Shown: in pieces, positions 13,301 through 24,929 of the stretch
Layout: each line of letters opens with the position of its first letter
Numbering within the stretch: position 1 is the first letter of the stretch
Source of the DNA: Hydrolagus affinis
Lineage: Eukaryota
DNA length: 64,000 bases
Direction: 5' to 3'
NCBI GenBank assembly: GCA_012026655.1
Contig: JAAILG010000262.1
Span: forward strand, 1 to 64,000
Translations under genes and position numbers: made by a program
Notes under the pieces: model-generated
Databases searched by the model: none
What the model saw: the letters and a program-made list of their open reading frames with translations, nothing else
Told to the model about the DNA's origin: nothing

Positions 13301-16300
13301 AGTATAAACTAGACATCAACTAGAGACACATCGCCACTGTAAGTCACTATTGACTTGCTTCCAATCCCTTCCAAACTTTTTTTTCTTCTTTTTACAGCAA
13401 CTGCCACAAATTTGTTGGCCCTTCGTTCAAATTTCATCTTCCTTCAAATTCATTTCTTAAACCAAACCTTCAGAAAACCTTAAACAAAATAGTAGTTCAC
13501 CGTACCAACTGATAAAATGATGTTAAATGTTTAGGTGCATTATCTCTGCAAAGTTCATCAAAATACAGGGCAACCCCCGCTATCAGATGCCTCACTACAG
13601 AACAAAATTTGTTAATTACACAAATGATCCATGGAACCAGTTTCCAGAAGTGCGGTTACATTTAGTACAGAATGCCTTTCTTTGCGCTCACAACTGGTTG
13701 TCTTGTAAACTATACACAATTCCTGTTTTTGAAGTTGCTAATGTTAGCAGAGGAATTAACTGTTCCTACATGTCATCTCATGACCATACTATTTCCATTC
13801 TATGCATCATCGGCAGTGAAGCTGCTACCAGCACAATTTATTTCCAGTCACATCTTTAGCAACAGCACAGATCTTTTCCATTACAGTAGATAAGGAATCC
13901 AGAGACAACCAGCGGCGGTTAGGATATCCATCTTTGCTATTATTACATTCACTTCATATCTTTCTTAATGGCTGACAAATGTCAGCAAGCAGCAACAAAA
14001 GTACTTTAATGTAGTTCCACATTAAAAAAAAGAGAAAAAAAAAACTTTTCTAACCCGTAAACCAGTTCTAAAAATTAACAGGAAGATTAACAGCATTTAA
14101 ATTAGGAAATAAATGTTGAACAAAATGATTCACTGGAAAGCAGGTATATTATTAATAATAGTGAATTATTCACTATAAAGCACTATCAGCACCTTGGGAC
14201 GTTCTCCTGACGTGAAGGGTGCTCTACAAATGCAATTTTGTTGTTGTGAAATATGACTGGTAAGGCAGGCAGAGAGAGGTAGAGTCAGAAAGATCCCATT
14301 AAAGGTAAACTTACCTCAAAGTTCACTGGCATATTTCTTTTCAATGCTACTTCAAATACTTGACTTATTTCAGATTTATTCAGATCATCTTCAAGTTCTT
14401 TTCCATTAACCTGTAGGGATACAGGGATAATAATTAAGTTCACAATCTATGTACAGTACAATGCAATTTTTAAAAATACATCTGGAAATTCCATTGAGTT
14501 TGGACACTCAATACTTGTTTGACACACTTAAAATATCATATCCCTCAAGTCAAAACCACAGAAATATACCACCATTCGATGTGATCTGCTCCTCTAAGAA
14601 ATCCATCCACCCTAATCCCACTAAAATGATCTTGGATAATATGCAATTCAAACATACACAGATTGCAGGCAGTTTTCTTCCTTGAAGATTTTAAGACATG
14701 CCAGTCCATACAAAATATGCCAATATACCTACCGTAGGTAACTTGCATGGTAGAGTTTCATTTTGCAAGGCTTTTAGTGCTTTAGCAGCAGCGTCATGTT
14801 TAGCAGCCTGTCGAGACCTTCCCTTTCCTTGGAATTGCTGGTTTCCAATCACAAGCTCTACTTGATAAGTGACCGGTCCAACGGGAGGAAACGAGTAGAA
14901 ATACCTGAAAACAATATATATTTAGGGACTTTTAGTTCATTCCCGTAATTTTAAAACATTTTCAATTCATATGTACATCAACTTCTAATGATTTTTTTAT
15001 AACACAAGTGTTAACATAAAAAATTTGAGTTTTTAAAGTTTCCAGGTACTCTCTTCAACTAGATTTTAAACTATTCAGTTATATTCTGCCAAAGCTACCA
15101 AACTTTCATTATTCTCATTAAAGTTATGTTCAAATCAGACACATTTTTGAACAAAAGAGGCAACAACTCTACTATTTTTCTCCTCCTCCCTTTGTTTGCA
15201 GAGGGAGATAGGGTATGTAGGGTATTTCCACAATGCGCTATATTTATGGCATGCTGATAAATAGATAAGACAATCCTAACAGACGACATGTTAAATAATT
15301 TAAGATACCTTTGAGGGTAAGCATTGCTTCTCAGCATATTGTAGTTTGTTCTCATTCCAGGATAAGGGTCAATTGGTCTGTAGGTTGGTTTCTTTCCCAT
15401 TTTCATGCATAAAGCATTCAGCTCTACCGTTGGAGTAACACTGTCTAAAAATACATTGATAGAGTTTGTTACCAATACATTTTGTTATTATAGTCCAGGA
15501 CTATACAGCGCGTACGGGAAATTGAACAGGATTTCAGTTTATTTATTCTAAAGGGGTATGTTTCAGTAGAGTTGAGTTAAAGGTTTATATTAAAATTCAA
15601 ATAAATTAACTCAGAATTCCTCTGCTTTTTATTTTTACTTATACGTTTCCAGTTTATATTCGAAGAGAATAACTTACAAATTCGGTAATTTTATTTATCT
15701 CTTTTTGGGGAAAAAAAACCCAAGTCTATCAATCAGATATCATTGGTGCTTCTTTCAGTGACTGTTCCACTAATACTAATGTTTTACCAGGATTTTTTGA
15801 ATCATTACGTGGGGGACGAGGTGGTGGCTTTGGGAGGCTGGTCTCTGCTAAGGCCTTGGCGGCTGCTGCGTGTTGGGCTTTTTTTATGCTGCTTCCTTCA
15901 GCTTCCCAGTGTTGGTCACCGAGTGTCAGCTGCACAGTGAAGACCTGGAAAGTAGAATGCACGAGCAGTTAAAATCCTCATTAGTTCCAAGTCATTTTGT
16001 AGATTGCTTCAATTCCTAGTTTAGTGCCTAGACTGCATGGATCTTGGAACACTAGACCAGGGTTCAATTGCAGGCAGCGCGAAACCTTGGGCAAGTTTCC
16101 TTACTCCATGTGCCTGATAATAAACCCTCGAAAAATACAATAATAAATTGGCTGCCCTGTTTCGCCCGCAAATATACAGTTAATTCACTTTACAGCGTTT
16201 TCTGTGAAGCGCTTTGAGACACCTAGAAGACGTGAAAAGCCGCTATATCAAATGCAAGGATTATTATTAGGAATAAAAGTAGTAAGCAGTGAAATGGTAC

Positions 16301-19300
16301 TATTTACCTCCTTCAAAGCCAGTCTCAGCACCTTCCTTTTCCACCGTGCCTTCGGTCACCTTCCCACCCCCAGCCTCTTGCTCTCCTCCACCCCTCTTGA
16401 TTCCAACCCCCCAGCTCGGATCCAAACCTTTCACTGTCCAGCACCTTGGGACGTCCTCCTGACGTGAAAAGCACTATATAAATGTAATTTGTTGTTGTTT
16501 TTGCATTTACCTCAGCAAAGTACATTTTCTACATTCCTGCCCACATCCGTCGATTGGAAGTAGGCAATTCCAAGTTTCTTTAAAAGATATATTTAATACA
16601 GCTATAAACATATAACTTGCACTGATACAGCACCCTTCACTTTAGGACGTCTCAAAAAGTATTTTGTCAACAAAACAGCAGCTAATTTACACACATCAAA
16701 GACCCACAAACATGACCAAACTGAACCAATTGTGTCTGGTGAAGAGATTGTTGGCCGGGACCCAGGGAGAAACTCCCTTCCCTTTTCAAATAGTGGCACG
16801 GGATCGTTAATGTCCATCCAAACAGCAGACAAGACCTCAGTTTAACATTTCATCCAAAGGACAGCACCTCCAGCAATGCAGCAGTCCGTCAACACTGTAT
16901 TAAGTGTTAGTCTATACCAGGAGTCCTAACAAAAGTTTCCAACTGAAGAGAAACTAAATAATAATCCTTGCATTTGATATAGCACTTTTCACAGCTTATC
17001 AATGTCTCAAAGCACTCTTACAGAATATACTGGAAAGTGAATTGACAATATATTTGTGGACGAAACGCGACAGCCAATTGCGTACAGCAGTGTCCCACAA
17101 ACAGTCGTGGATTGAAAATGATAAATTTTCACTATTTGTGTTTTTCTTGGACGGATTATTATTAGGCATGTGGAGTAAGGAAACTTGCCCAAGGTTTTGT
17201 CCTGATCTGCCTGGATTCGAACTTAGATCTTACTCGTAAGGCGAGTGCTCTAACCACTGAGCTACAGGAGCTCCAGCATATATACGAATACTCTAAAATA
17301 AAGCAAATCATATCAGTATAACTAAACAATTCTGATGCCCAATAATAAAAGTATGTTTCAGAAGTTAGTTATTGGACATTTTGAAATCAAAAGAGACTGA
17401 TGGTGCTCAAACATACTTTGCTTTTCAACAATTAATCAATATTTTATTGTTGAGGAGTATGGTTACTGGTCCAGACTTGTGTTAAATTCAGAGCATTACA
17501 TTAGCTAACACAGTTTATTTGAGATACGGAATAAGATTTAAATCTTAATATTAACACTTATGTTTGATATGGCATCTTATGATGTTGTCAAAACTTCTGA
17601 ATGCGCTTCATAGGATTTACTGTAGAGTATAACAACTGTTCATTTTGTTGACAAACACAACAGCTAATTCAGCGCACAGCAATGTTCCCCAAATAGCCAT
17701 CAAGTGAATGTCCAATTTTATCTGGAGGATTGTTAACCAGCACTCCAGGAGAAACTCAGTTCTCTTACTGAGCCCGTCTATGAACTCAAAGACCCAATGC
17801 TGGGTTTGAACCCACAACTTTCTGACTCGGGAGAGTAGTACCAATTGTGTCACCGCTGACACCTTAAATGCAGCAGTATGTTCGCACTCTTTTCCTTTAA
17901 AGTATCTCTTCATTTCTTTGTGCATTCGCTTTATTTACCCTTCATAGTCGAGGAATCTTTAAAAAGTGTCACCTAGGAAATATTTTTAGAAAGGCTGTCA
18001 ATGTTGCCCCTTGACTGCACCATCCCAAAAGAACACTTGGCGCAAAGTGTAAATTTAGAATACATTTGCAATCCCTAAAAATACAACCATTTAACTTTGC
18101 TGCTGTAAACAGAAAAACTTATAATAACCCTGTCTAAAAAAAATCTCACAGAGAAAATGTAACTGTTTTACCGCGCAGTTCAAATATCAGATCAATTGAG
18201 ATTGGGGGGGCGGATTAGCTGATTTCTGGCTCCCACCTGGTCTTTCTGACTGATTTTCACATCAAAGATTTACCTGGTCACATCTAAAGATGCGGCTCCG
18301 TCAATCTTCAGTCTTTCATTGGCTGGAAAAATCCACCTGTAAATCCAGTTTTCAGCCAATGAAACACAAGAGTTAAAAGATTTTTTTTAAAATAGCTACT
18401 GCCAAAATGGTCAGTAAAAAAAAACGACGGAGAAAGGAATGTTTTACAAGTTTTAGAATGGGGGAAGGTAGAAAAATAGTAGAAAAAAATAGTAATTTAG
18501 ATTTTTATGCTTATTTTAAATGGTGCTTTAATGTAATTGGTTTTAGTTGGAATAAATAATTCACAATTGAGCATCTTAACTTTACTACTGCAATTTTATT
18601 CAGCATTATAACTGAAGATTTAAGGGAATATGTTAAACTACAGATGGCCCATTACTGTTGTGTGATGGGGAGAGGGGGGGGAGCTGCAACTCAGGCCTAG
18701 AGGAAAACAATCCCAAATAAGGCAGCATATAAATAACGGTCAAGCTTGAAAAATCAGCAATATGTTTTTATTCCACCAAATGCTTCTTTCCAGTGTTTTG
18801 CAAATAAATCACTTTGTAGATTTGATTATAATCTATCAGATTATAACTTGCTAAAATCACATGTCAATGTCCAAGGGATACTTATTACCTCCTGAATAAG
18901 ACTTTCCTCAATAGACAATTGTCTGAGAGAAAGCCCCTCGTGGAGATGAAGTGAAAAAAAAAATTAGCTTTCAAGTAGAGAGCTTGATCCAAATCCATTT
19001 GGAAAAGTAACCTATATTGCAATAGAACTTTTGTAAACCTGCATATTTCTGGCCCAAATGCTGCCTCCTGCTCTGAAATCCAGCCTTCATCTAAGTTAAG
19101 AAACTGCTTTCGTAGCAAAGAAGGCTTTTGAGATATTTTCATATCACCAATTTATGGCAAACTGAGCACATGTAAATAATGCACAAATAACCTACCTCTA
19201 CTAAAGAATAACTGGTTCTCTCCCAAACAGCAAGGTCACTGTCCTGCAAATATACATTTAATTCAACCCCACCTAGTGATGAGAATGTACAGATATGTTT

Positions 19301-20795
19301 AGGTGCTTGAGGAAATGTACTAACTATTGAAAAACAAATCTGTAGGTACATCTTCCCAAGGTTGGTAACAAGCTATATTGTTACCAAGATACTTTAATGG
19401 AAAAGAGTGCTTCGCAGCAATCCTGCTTTATTTCTAGATACTTTTTTTCAAATGAACTTCAGACACTGAACAGCACATTGCAATAGCATAAAAATATTCT
19501 TAGCCTAAAAACTGGATGTTTAGGCTAAAAACGTCCAATTTGTTTTAATGGAATGGAAAGCACCCGCAGCAATTTAAAATCAGTTTATCCGAAACACATA
19601 GAATACATAAAGAGAAGAATAGTAATTTTCATTACATTTCCAGTTACCTTCGCGTGAGCTGGTCCCAGTTCATTCAAAAGCTTGTATTCTGGCTGGATCT
19701 TGTTGAAACGGGCTAACTCATTCACAAGACACATGGGGGTTTTTTCTTTGGGGTTTGTCATATTTAAAAGAACTGAAAGGGAAAAAAAATGGATTCAATG
19801 AACGCAGAGCAACAATCTTTTAATAAAGGGTTAGTAAATGAGTGTGAACATACAGACATAAATATGTACAAAGTATATCTGATGAAATTTACAAAAGATT
19901 CTTAGGGCACTGCTGTGTGCAATTGGCTGCTGCGTTTCGCCCACAAAATATACAATCAATTCACTTTACAGTATAATCTGTGAAGCACTTTGTGATGTCT
20001 CAAAGATCTAAGGTGCTATATATCAAATGCAAGGATTATTATTGTTAGTACTACAACTGGCTATATAGAGCAACAGTTGAGGAAAAATGAAACAGTTTGG
20101 GCCTGTTGTCTTTAAAGGAACCTTTGAAGCAATGCATCTGAATTGTACAATTAGAAAATTGGGTAGATTGCTATGGAAAAGTGAGATGCAAAATAAAAAG
20201 GGAAATGGGCAAAACAAATTTCATTCAAAGGGTAACAAACTACAATAATTTAATACGGAAATCCATATTTTAAAAAATAGCACATGGCAGAAGAAACCAG
20301 AATACAAATTGAAAAAGAATCAAAAAGAATTAAAAGAGTAAGGATCAACAATTAGACTTCAATAAATTCAATGCAAAACAATGCATCAATGCCATCTACT
20401 CAAGTCTAAAATTAAAAAAATGCACAGCATTTGAAACGTAAAGCAATCTGCCATATTTAATTTCTCCAAAACCAAGGAACTCATTACATACCAACTCCAC
20501 ACATTCCTCACCCAAATTAAAATATAAAAATATAGCAAGTGACTACAATTTCAAAGACGCTCGGTCAGTTTTCAAGTCACCGTCACATGGAAGCAATTAC
20601 TGTGAATCAGTAGGTACCTGCAGCTGTGTCGTTGGAAGTAGCAGATGCGGAGGGTAGAGCAGAGCTTTGAACAGGCCGAATTGCACTCTCCGATGGCAGA
20701 ACACCAATACCAGAGGGAATGCTCTGGCCAACAGTGCCACCCATCAGAGGCTGAGAGAGCGTGGAGGGAGCGTGAAGAATCTGAATCTGAGCCAT
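7386..20795 (-). CDS. STAU1: Double-stranded RNA-binding protein Staufen homolog 1, 14 coding exons, about 695 aa, five dsRBDs
   Basis: Exons (minus): 20795-20618, 19772-19648, 15944-15788, 15444-15309, 14904-14733, 14410-14315, 13159-12947, 11440-11297, 11209-11063, 10953-10875, 10130-9787, 9051-8929, 8791-8706, 7473-7386 (2088 nt, in frame, TGA). STAU1-type motifs [69 protein letters not shown]. An in-frame upstream ATG at 20813 is an alternative start. Confidence 0.96.
7730..7948. mobile_element. MITE, Tc1/mariner-pogo/Tigger-like, 219 bp
   Basis: 27-bp terminal inverted repeats at 7730-7756 and 7922-7948 (CAGYAAAAGCCYGTTTATCCGGCACCC, 2 mismatches). TA at the right flank, AA at the left. 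Confidence 0.8.
8352..8662 (-). mobile_element. Full-length tRNA-derived SINE
   Basis: Head, body and tail as in 1426-1740. Confidence 0.9.
9478..9740 (+). mobile_element. tRNA-derived SINE, near full length with deletions in the head
   Basis: tggagccctgtggttagagcacttgcc...gcaagtttccttactccacacgcc...gacgtgaaaagcg...ggattattatt. Confidence 0.85.
10330..10410 (+). mobile_element. SINE 3' fragment
   Basis: cagtatattctgtgaagcactttgagatgtctc...gctatatcaaa...(att)n. Confidence 0.65.
10723..10840 (-). mobile_element. SINE 3' fragment
   Basis: Reverse complement of the family tail. Confidence 0.65.
16025..16268 (+). mobile_element. tRNA-derived SINE, internally deleted
   Basis: ggttcaat...gcgaaaccttgggcaagtttccttactcc...gaagcgctttgagacacctagaagacgtgaaaagc...ggattattatt. 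Confidence 0.8.
16305..16502 (+). mobile_element. L2-clade LINE 3' end
   Basis: cctccttcaaagcc...gccttcggtcacc...ccttgggacgtcctcctgacgtgaaaagcactatataaatgtaattt(gtt)n. The same tail recurs near 14186-14250, 26685-26740, 32711-32775, 36727-36788(-), 55859-55929(-), 57676-57733 and 59055-59113. Confidence 0.7.
16613..16920 (-). mobile_element. Old DeuSINE-like element (SacSINE1/AmnSINE1 type)
   Basis: Minus strand ctgctgcattgctggaggtgctgtcctttggatgaaatgttaaactgagg...gatcccgtgccactatttgaa...gagtttctccctgggtcccggccaac resembles the Deu domain as recalled. Confidence 0.7.
16957..17274 (-). mobile_element. Full-length tRNA-derived SINE
   Basis: GGAGCTCCTGTAGCTCAGTGGTTAGAGC head, TTCGAATCC B box, family body and tail. 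Confidence 0.9.
17565..17865 (-). mobile_element. Old DeuSINE-like element, internally deleted
   Basis: ggtgtcagcggtgacacaattggtactactctcccgagtcagaaagttgtgggttcaaaccc head, then gagtttctcctggagtgctgg and ttgctgtgcgctgaattagctg. Confidence 0.6.
19905..20045 (+). mobile_element. SINE 3' half
   Basis: cactgctgtgtgcaattggctgctgcgtttcgcccac...atcaaatgcaaggattattatt. Confidence 0.8.
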
Positions 20796-22049
20796 TTCAC
20801 ACGTGAAACTCATTGACTTCAAAAACGGAAGAGGTACGTGGATATGAAGGCTCTCTACAGAAGCAGCCAGGACAGGATAAGATTAGAAATACGCAGAAGC
20901 CAGGATCCATCCGGGAGAGAAAGAACAGAGGATAAAATAACTTCACAGGACGCGAGACAGAAGAATCAAACGTTCATCTTAACATTTTTACTGAATTATT
21001 GCTTAAATGACTGTATCCCTAACTCAAGATTTAATTTTACCTGGCAAACATGATCAAATGCTAAATCACTATTGGCAGATAAAGTTTCATCTTGTGCTTA
21101 CATAACAGTGGGGACTAACTGAAGTCAAGCATACAGAGATCTCAGAGTTCTCAGCGATGCCTGTTTTTGGCCCATAGCACATGTTGGGGTAACTGCTGAA
21201 ACTCAATTAGCTAAAGAACACAACGGCTACATTTCTTGTTGCTCTACTGATCTCGTTTAAATCATCCATTGAGGCACAAGTGAGAAGAATCTCACACTTC
21301 AGTATCATGCCTCCCTTTCACCACCACCCACATTGTACTACTGATGGTGAGCTAAATAGACGGATCAATCAGAAACCATACCCTGTCTGGGTCAGGCAAA
21401 GCTTTGATTCAGTTCCACTTTTGTTTCTCTCGCAGTCAAAAATTGAGACACCTCTCTCTCTCCCCCTCCCTCGGTGATACATAAAACCAACTGAATTACA
21501 TTAAAGCCTCTTTACTGGAAGCTCACTTCTTTCGGCATTATGTACATGTACCATCCGCAAACGTCGCCCTTCACCAACAAGCAACAAGACCCCCAAGCGC
21601 AGATTAAAATCCTCTCTCTGGTCGAAGGGCGACGTTGAGCTGCAGCTCCCGAGTTGGGACGACGGGCAGGAGTGAAAAATCGGGTGATGGAAGAAGGAAA
21701 TGGGTGGGTGTTTTTTTTAAAAAGTTATAATGTGGGCCTTGTCGGGAGTTCATTCGACCAACAACAACAAAAAAAACCACCACCACCACCATCACCCACA
21801 GCAACACTGACAGCACAGGCTCGGCTAATCACTCAGTCTGATTTGTCAACTCTAACCGAGGCCGGCTGCACTCACGGTAAGCGGTTTTAAACTAAAAGTT
21901 TTAGGGACTGTACCGTCCCCAGGGGTGTGTGTGTGGGGGGGGTCTTCGCCCTCATCTCTCTCATGTCTATCTTTCCTCTCTCGGCTCGGGTTTCCACAAT
22001 TCCCCCTTCCCCCCGACGTCCGGTGAAACAAGACACACAGAGACAAGAC

Positions 22050-22766
22050 ACAAATACAGGCACAAAAACAAGAGAAACATACACGCAGACACAAAGATCC
22101 ACAAATAGTGATACACAAACACACACACACAGGCACAAAGACACCCACACACACAGTGAAACACACCCACAAACACACAGAGACACACACAAACACAAGC
22201 ACAGAGAAAACCAGACCCTCCCAAGACTCTCTCTCTCCCGCTTTTGCCGAAAAAATAGCAATTAAAAAAAAAGTTATTTTCTCTCTTTCTCTGGCATTTC
22301 TCTCATCACCTCTTTTCTTCAATCTCCCTTCGCCGCCGCCGCCACCACCACCCCCCTCCCCACACACACACCCCAACAACAAAAAAACACAGGAGAAAAA
22401 AAAATACATGTTTTTCTTTCTCTCACTCTTTTCTTTCTTGTTGGAAGAAACGAAATCAATCCATTCACGTGGAGAAAGCAGCAGCAGCAGCAGCAGAGGT
22501 GGGTGGCTCAGGAGGAGGGAGGAGGGAGAGGAGGGAGAGGAAAAGGGCTTTTCTTTTGCCCCTCTCTCTCTCTGTGTGTATATATATATATATATATGTA
22601 TATGTATATATATATTTGAAGAGGATGAGTGGGTGGGGGGAGAGAGAGAGAATTAAAGAAAGAATAATTAATTAATAATCAATAAGATGGCAAGCTTCCC
22701 CTCCCTCCCCCCCCCCACCTCTCTCTCTATATATATATATGTGTTTATGTGTGTGTGTGTGTGTGT
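22050..22766. repeat. Microsatellite and low-complexity cluster: (CA)n-like, (CCG/CCA)n, (AGC)n, (TA)n, (GT)n
   Basis: Directly visible; runs into the N gap. Confidence 0.85.
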
Positions 22767-22866
22767 NNNNNNNNNNNNNNNNNNNNNNNNNNNNNNNNNN
22801 NNNNNNNNNNNNNNNNNNNNNNNNNNNNNNNNNNNNNNNNNNNNNNNNNNNNNNNNNNNNNNNNNN
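22767..22866. other. Assembly gap (100 N)
   Basis: Run of n. Confidence 0.99.
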
Positions 22867-23609
22867 TCTCTCCCCCCACCCCCCCCTTCCCCCTCGCTCC
22901 TCCACACCCAGGCCTAACCCCCTCCTCAAGAGAGCATCAGATGGGGAGAGAGAAAGAATAAATCTCTCTGGTCTGTGTGTGTGTCTCTCTCCCTCCCTCC
23001 CTCCACACACGGTACCGACCTTAAACCCCCGCTCGCTTCACCTTCCCAGAGAGCCCCGCGCGCGCCACCGGACGTGACATCTCCGGGTTTCCCCTCCAGC
23101 CTCCACCTTCCCCCTCTCTCCCTCCCACACAGCCTGACAACTCACTCAACTGCGCCTGCGCGGTCTCCCAGCGGCTGGTGGGGGGGGGAGGAGGAGGGGG
23201 AGGGTCCAAGACATTCAACAACAACAACAACATCAATCACAGCAACAACATTAATAATAATAATATTAATAATCTCTTGCGTTTGATACGCCGGCTTTTC
23301 ACGTCTGTAAAAAGTGAACCGACTGAGGTTCGGGGAAGGGTGGGGGTGGAGGGGAAGGGGAGGATTTGGGGGAAAAGGGGTGGGTGGGGGGGGGGTGACC
23401 GATGGGATCGACGAAGAGGAAGGGGCGTGAGATAGGTCGTGAAGGAGGAGGCCCAGGGGAGAGGCGGGGGCAGTGGGGTGGGGTGGGAGGGGAGGGGAGT
23501 CGAGCTGGAGAGGGAATGCAGGATGGAGTTCCAGCAGCTGATGGTGGGGCGGGTGGATCGGGGGACAGATGTGAAAAGTGCTATAATAAAATGCAAGGAT
23601 TAGTATCAT

Positions 23610-23871
23610 TACTACCGTGTAAAGCAGAGTAACTCACGTCTTGTTTGTTTTTTTGGTGGGCGAAATCCGTCGGCCCAATTGGACACAGCGACTTTTTTCT
23701 TCTTTCTATCCTTCCGTCTGTCTTATTTTCTCCCTCCCTCCCTCCTCCCACATTGTGTGTGTGTGTGTGTGTAGTAAGGAAACTAAGGTTTCGCCCCACC
23801 CTGGAAACCGTAGCCAGGTCCTCTCGCTTGGCAGGTGAGCGAGTGCTCTAACCACTATGCCACAGGACTCC
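23610..23871 (-). mobile_element. Diverged SINE with an internal (GT)n tract
   Basis: GGAGTCCTGTGGCATAGTGGTTAGAGCACTCG head ending at 23871 and a degraded body. Confidence 0.7.
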
Positions 23872-24627
23872 TTGATTATGAATGTAAGAATTTGTTAGGC
23901 TAAAGGTCAAGGTCCATTCTATTTCATCTTCCACCACACTGGCAGTCAGCTGCTTGACATGTCATGTCCCAAGCTATATATTGTATCCCCAGATATTATC
24001 TTCCAAACTGGTTGATGGGGTGAGAGCAGCACATACCATTCTATACACAAATCCCCCATTCCCCCCCCATCATAAATTGGGAACATCTTTTATAGCACAA
24101 GGAAGAAGTCACTCACCATCATTGAGTTCTGCCCCTGCTCTGAGCAAGGTGTTTGTTGAATCCTATTCTGCTCCCTATTTTATTCGAGACTACCGCAATT
24201 TCAATTCCCCAAGGATACACGGTTTGTTCTAAAGCAGTTTGGATTGTATTAATGAGAGGTTAAGAGTAAACACTCATCTGTAACTAATTTGGTATATTTG
24301 TGAGAAGCTTGTTACAATAACTCAATTCCTTATCAAACTGTGGTGTGATGCTTCTGTTCAGAATCAGAAATTTCACACCTGAAAGATAATTGTTAACATC
24401 CTTTCAGCAAATATCACCCTCAAGGGAATGCATGTCAAACTCCTTGGTTTCGAATAGACTTGGATGCAATAGCACTAAACAACCCTTATTTTTAAAGTAC
24501 AGTATTAGCATAAGAAATTCCCTGTAGAGGATTATAACTACAAGCCTATATCCTATCACTCTATGGCATATGAAGTTATCTGGCTGACTACAGTGTAGTT
24601 TTAATAAAGAGAAGTTTTGAATCTTTT

Positions 24628-24638
24628 TTTATTTTATT
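24628..24638 (-). terminator. Candidate CSE1L polyadenylation signals
   Basis: Two overlapping AATAAA on the minus strand, about 300 nt after the stop. Confidence 0.55.
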
Positions 24639-24929
24639 TTACACTAGAATAACTGTACAGATCAATGCATATGTGGGGACATTGTTTCACATTTCCTCAA
24701 TCAGTTTTAAGAGAACATAAATAAAGACAAATAGTGTATACAAAGTTCATGAAATGTTAAATCTACACAGAACAGATATTGGCTAACACTATTTGACAAA
24801 GTTAGTCAATCATCTCTAGCCAGTGATTCAACTATTCCCAGGTTTAATCCTACCGCATACACTAATGATGTTCTCCGTGCAAGCACCTATGGAAAGAGCC
24901 GTTTAAAAAAAGTCTTTAGTTAAACATAT

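Larger units (their letters stand above)
21550..23200 (-). promoter_or_regulatory. GC-rich STAU1 promoter and 5' non-coding region, interrupted by a gap
   Basis: CpG-rich, NRF1-like TGCGCCTGCGC (23151-23161), minus-strand GTGAGT donors near 23145 and 21875, many simple repeats. Lies upstream of the first coding exon (acceptor at 20854). Confidence 0.5.

Noticed and set aside
21852-23851. Dense stack of 70-185 aa ORFs on both strands
   Set aside because: Products of microsatellites, GC-rich low complexity and the N gap; no protein-like content.
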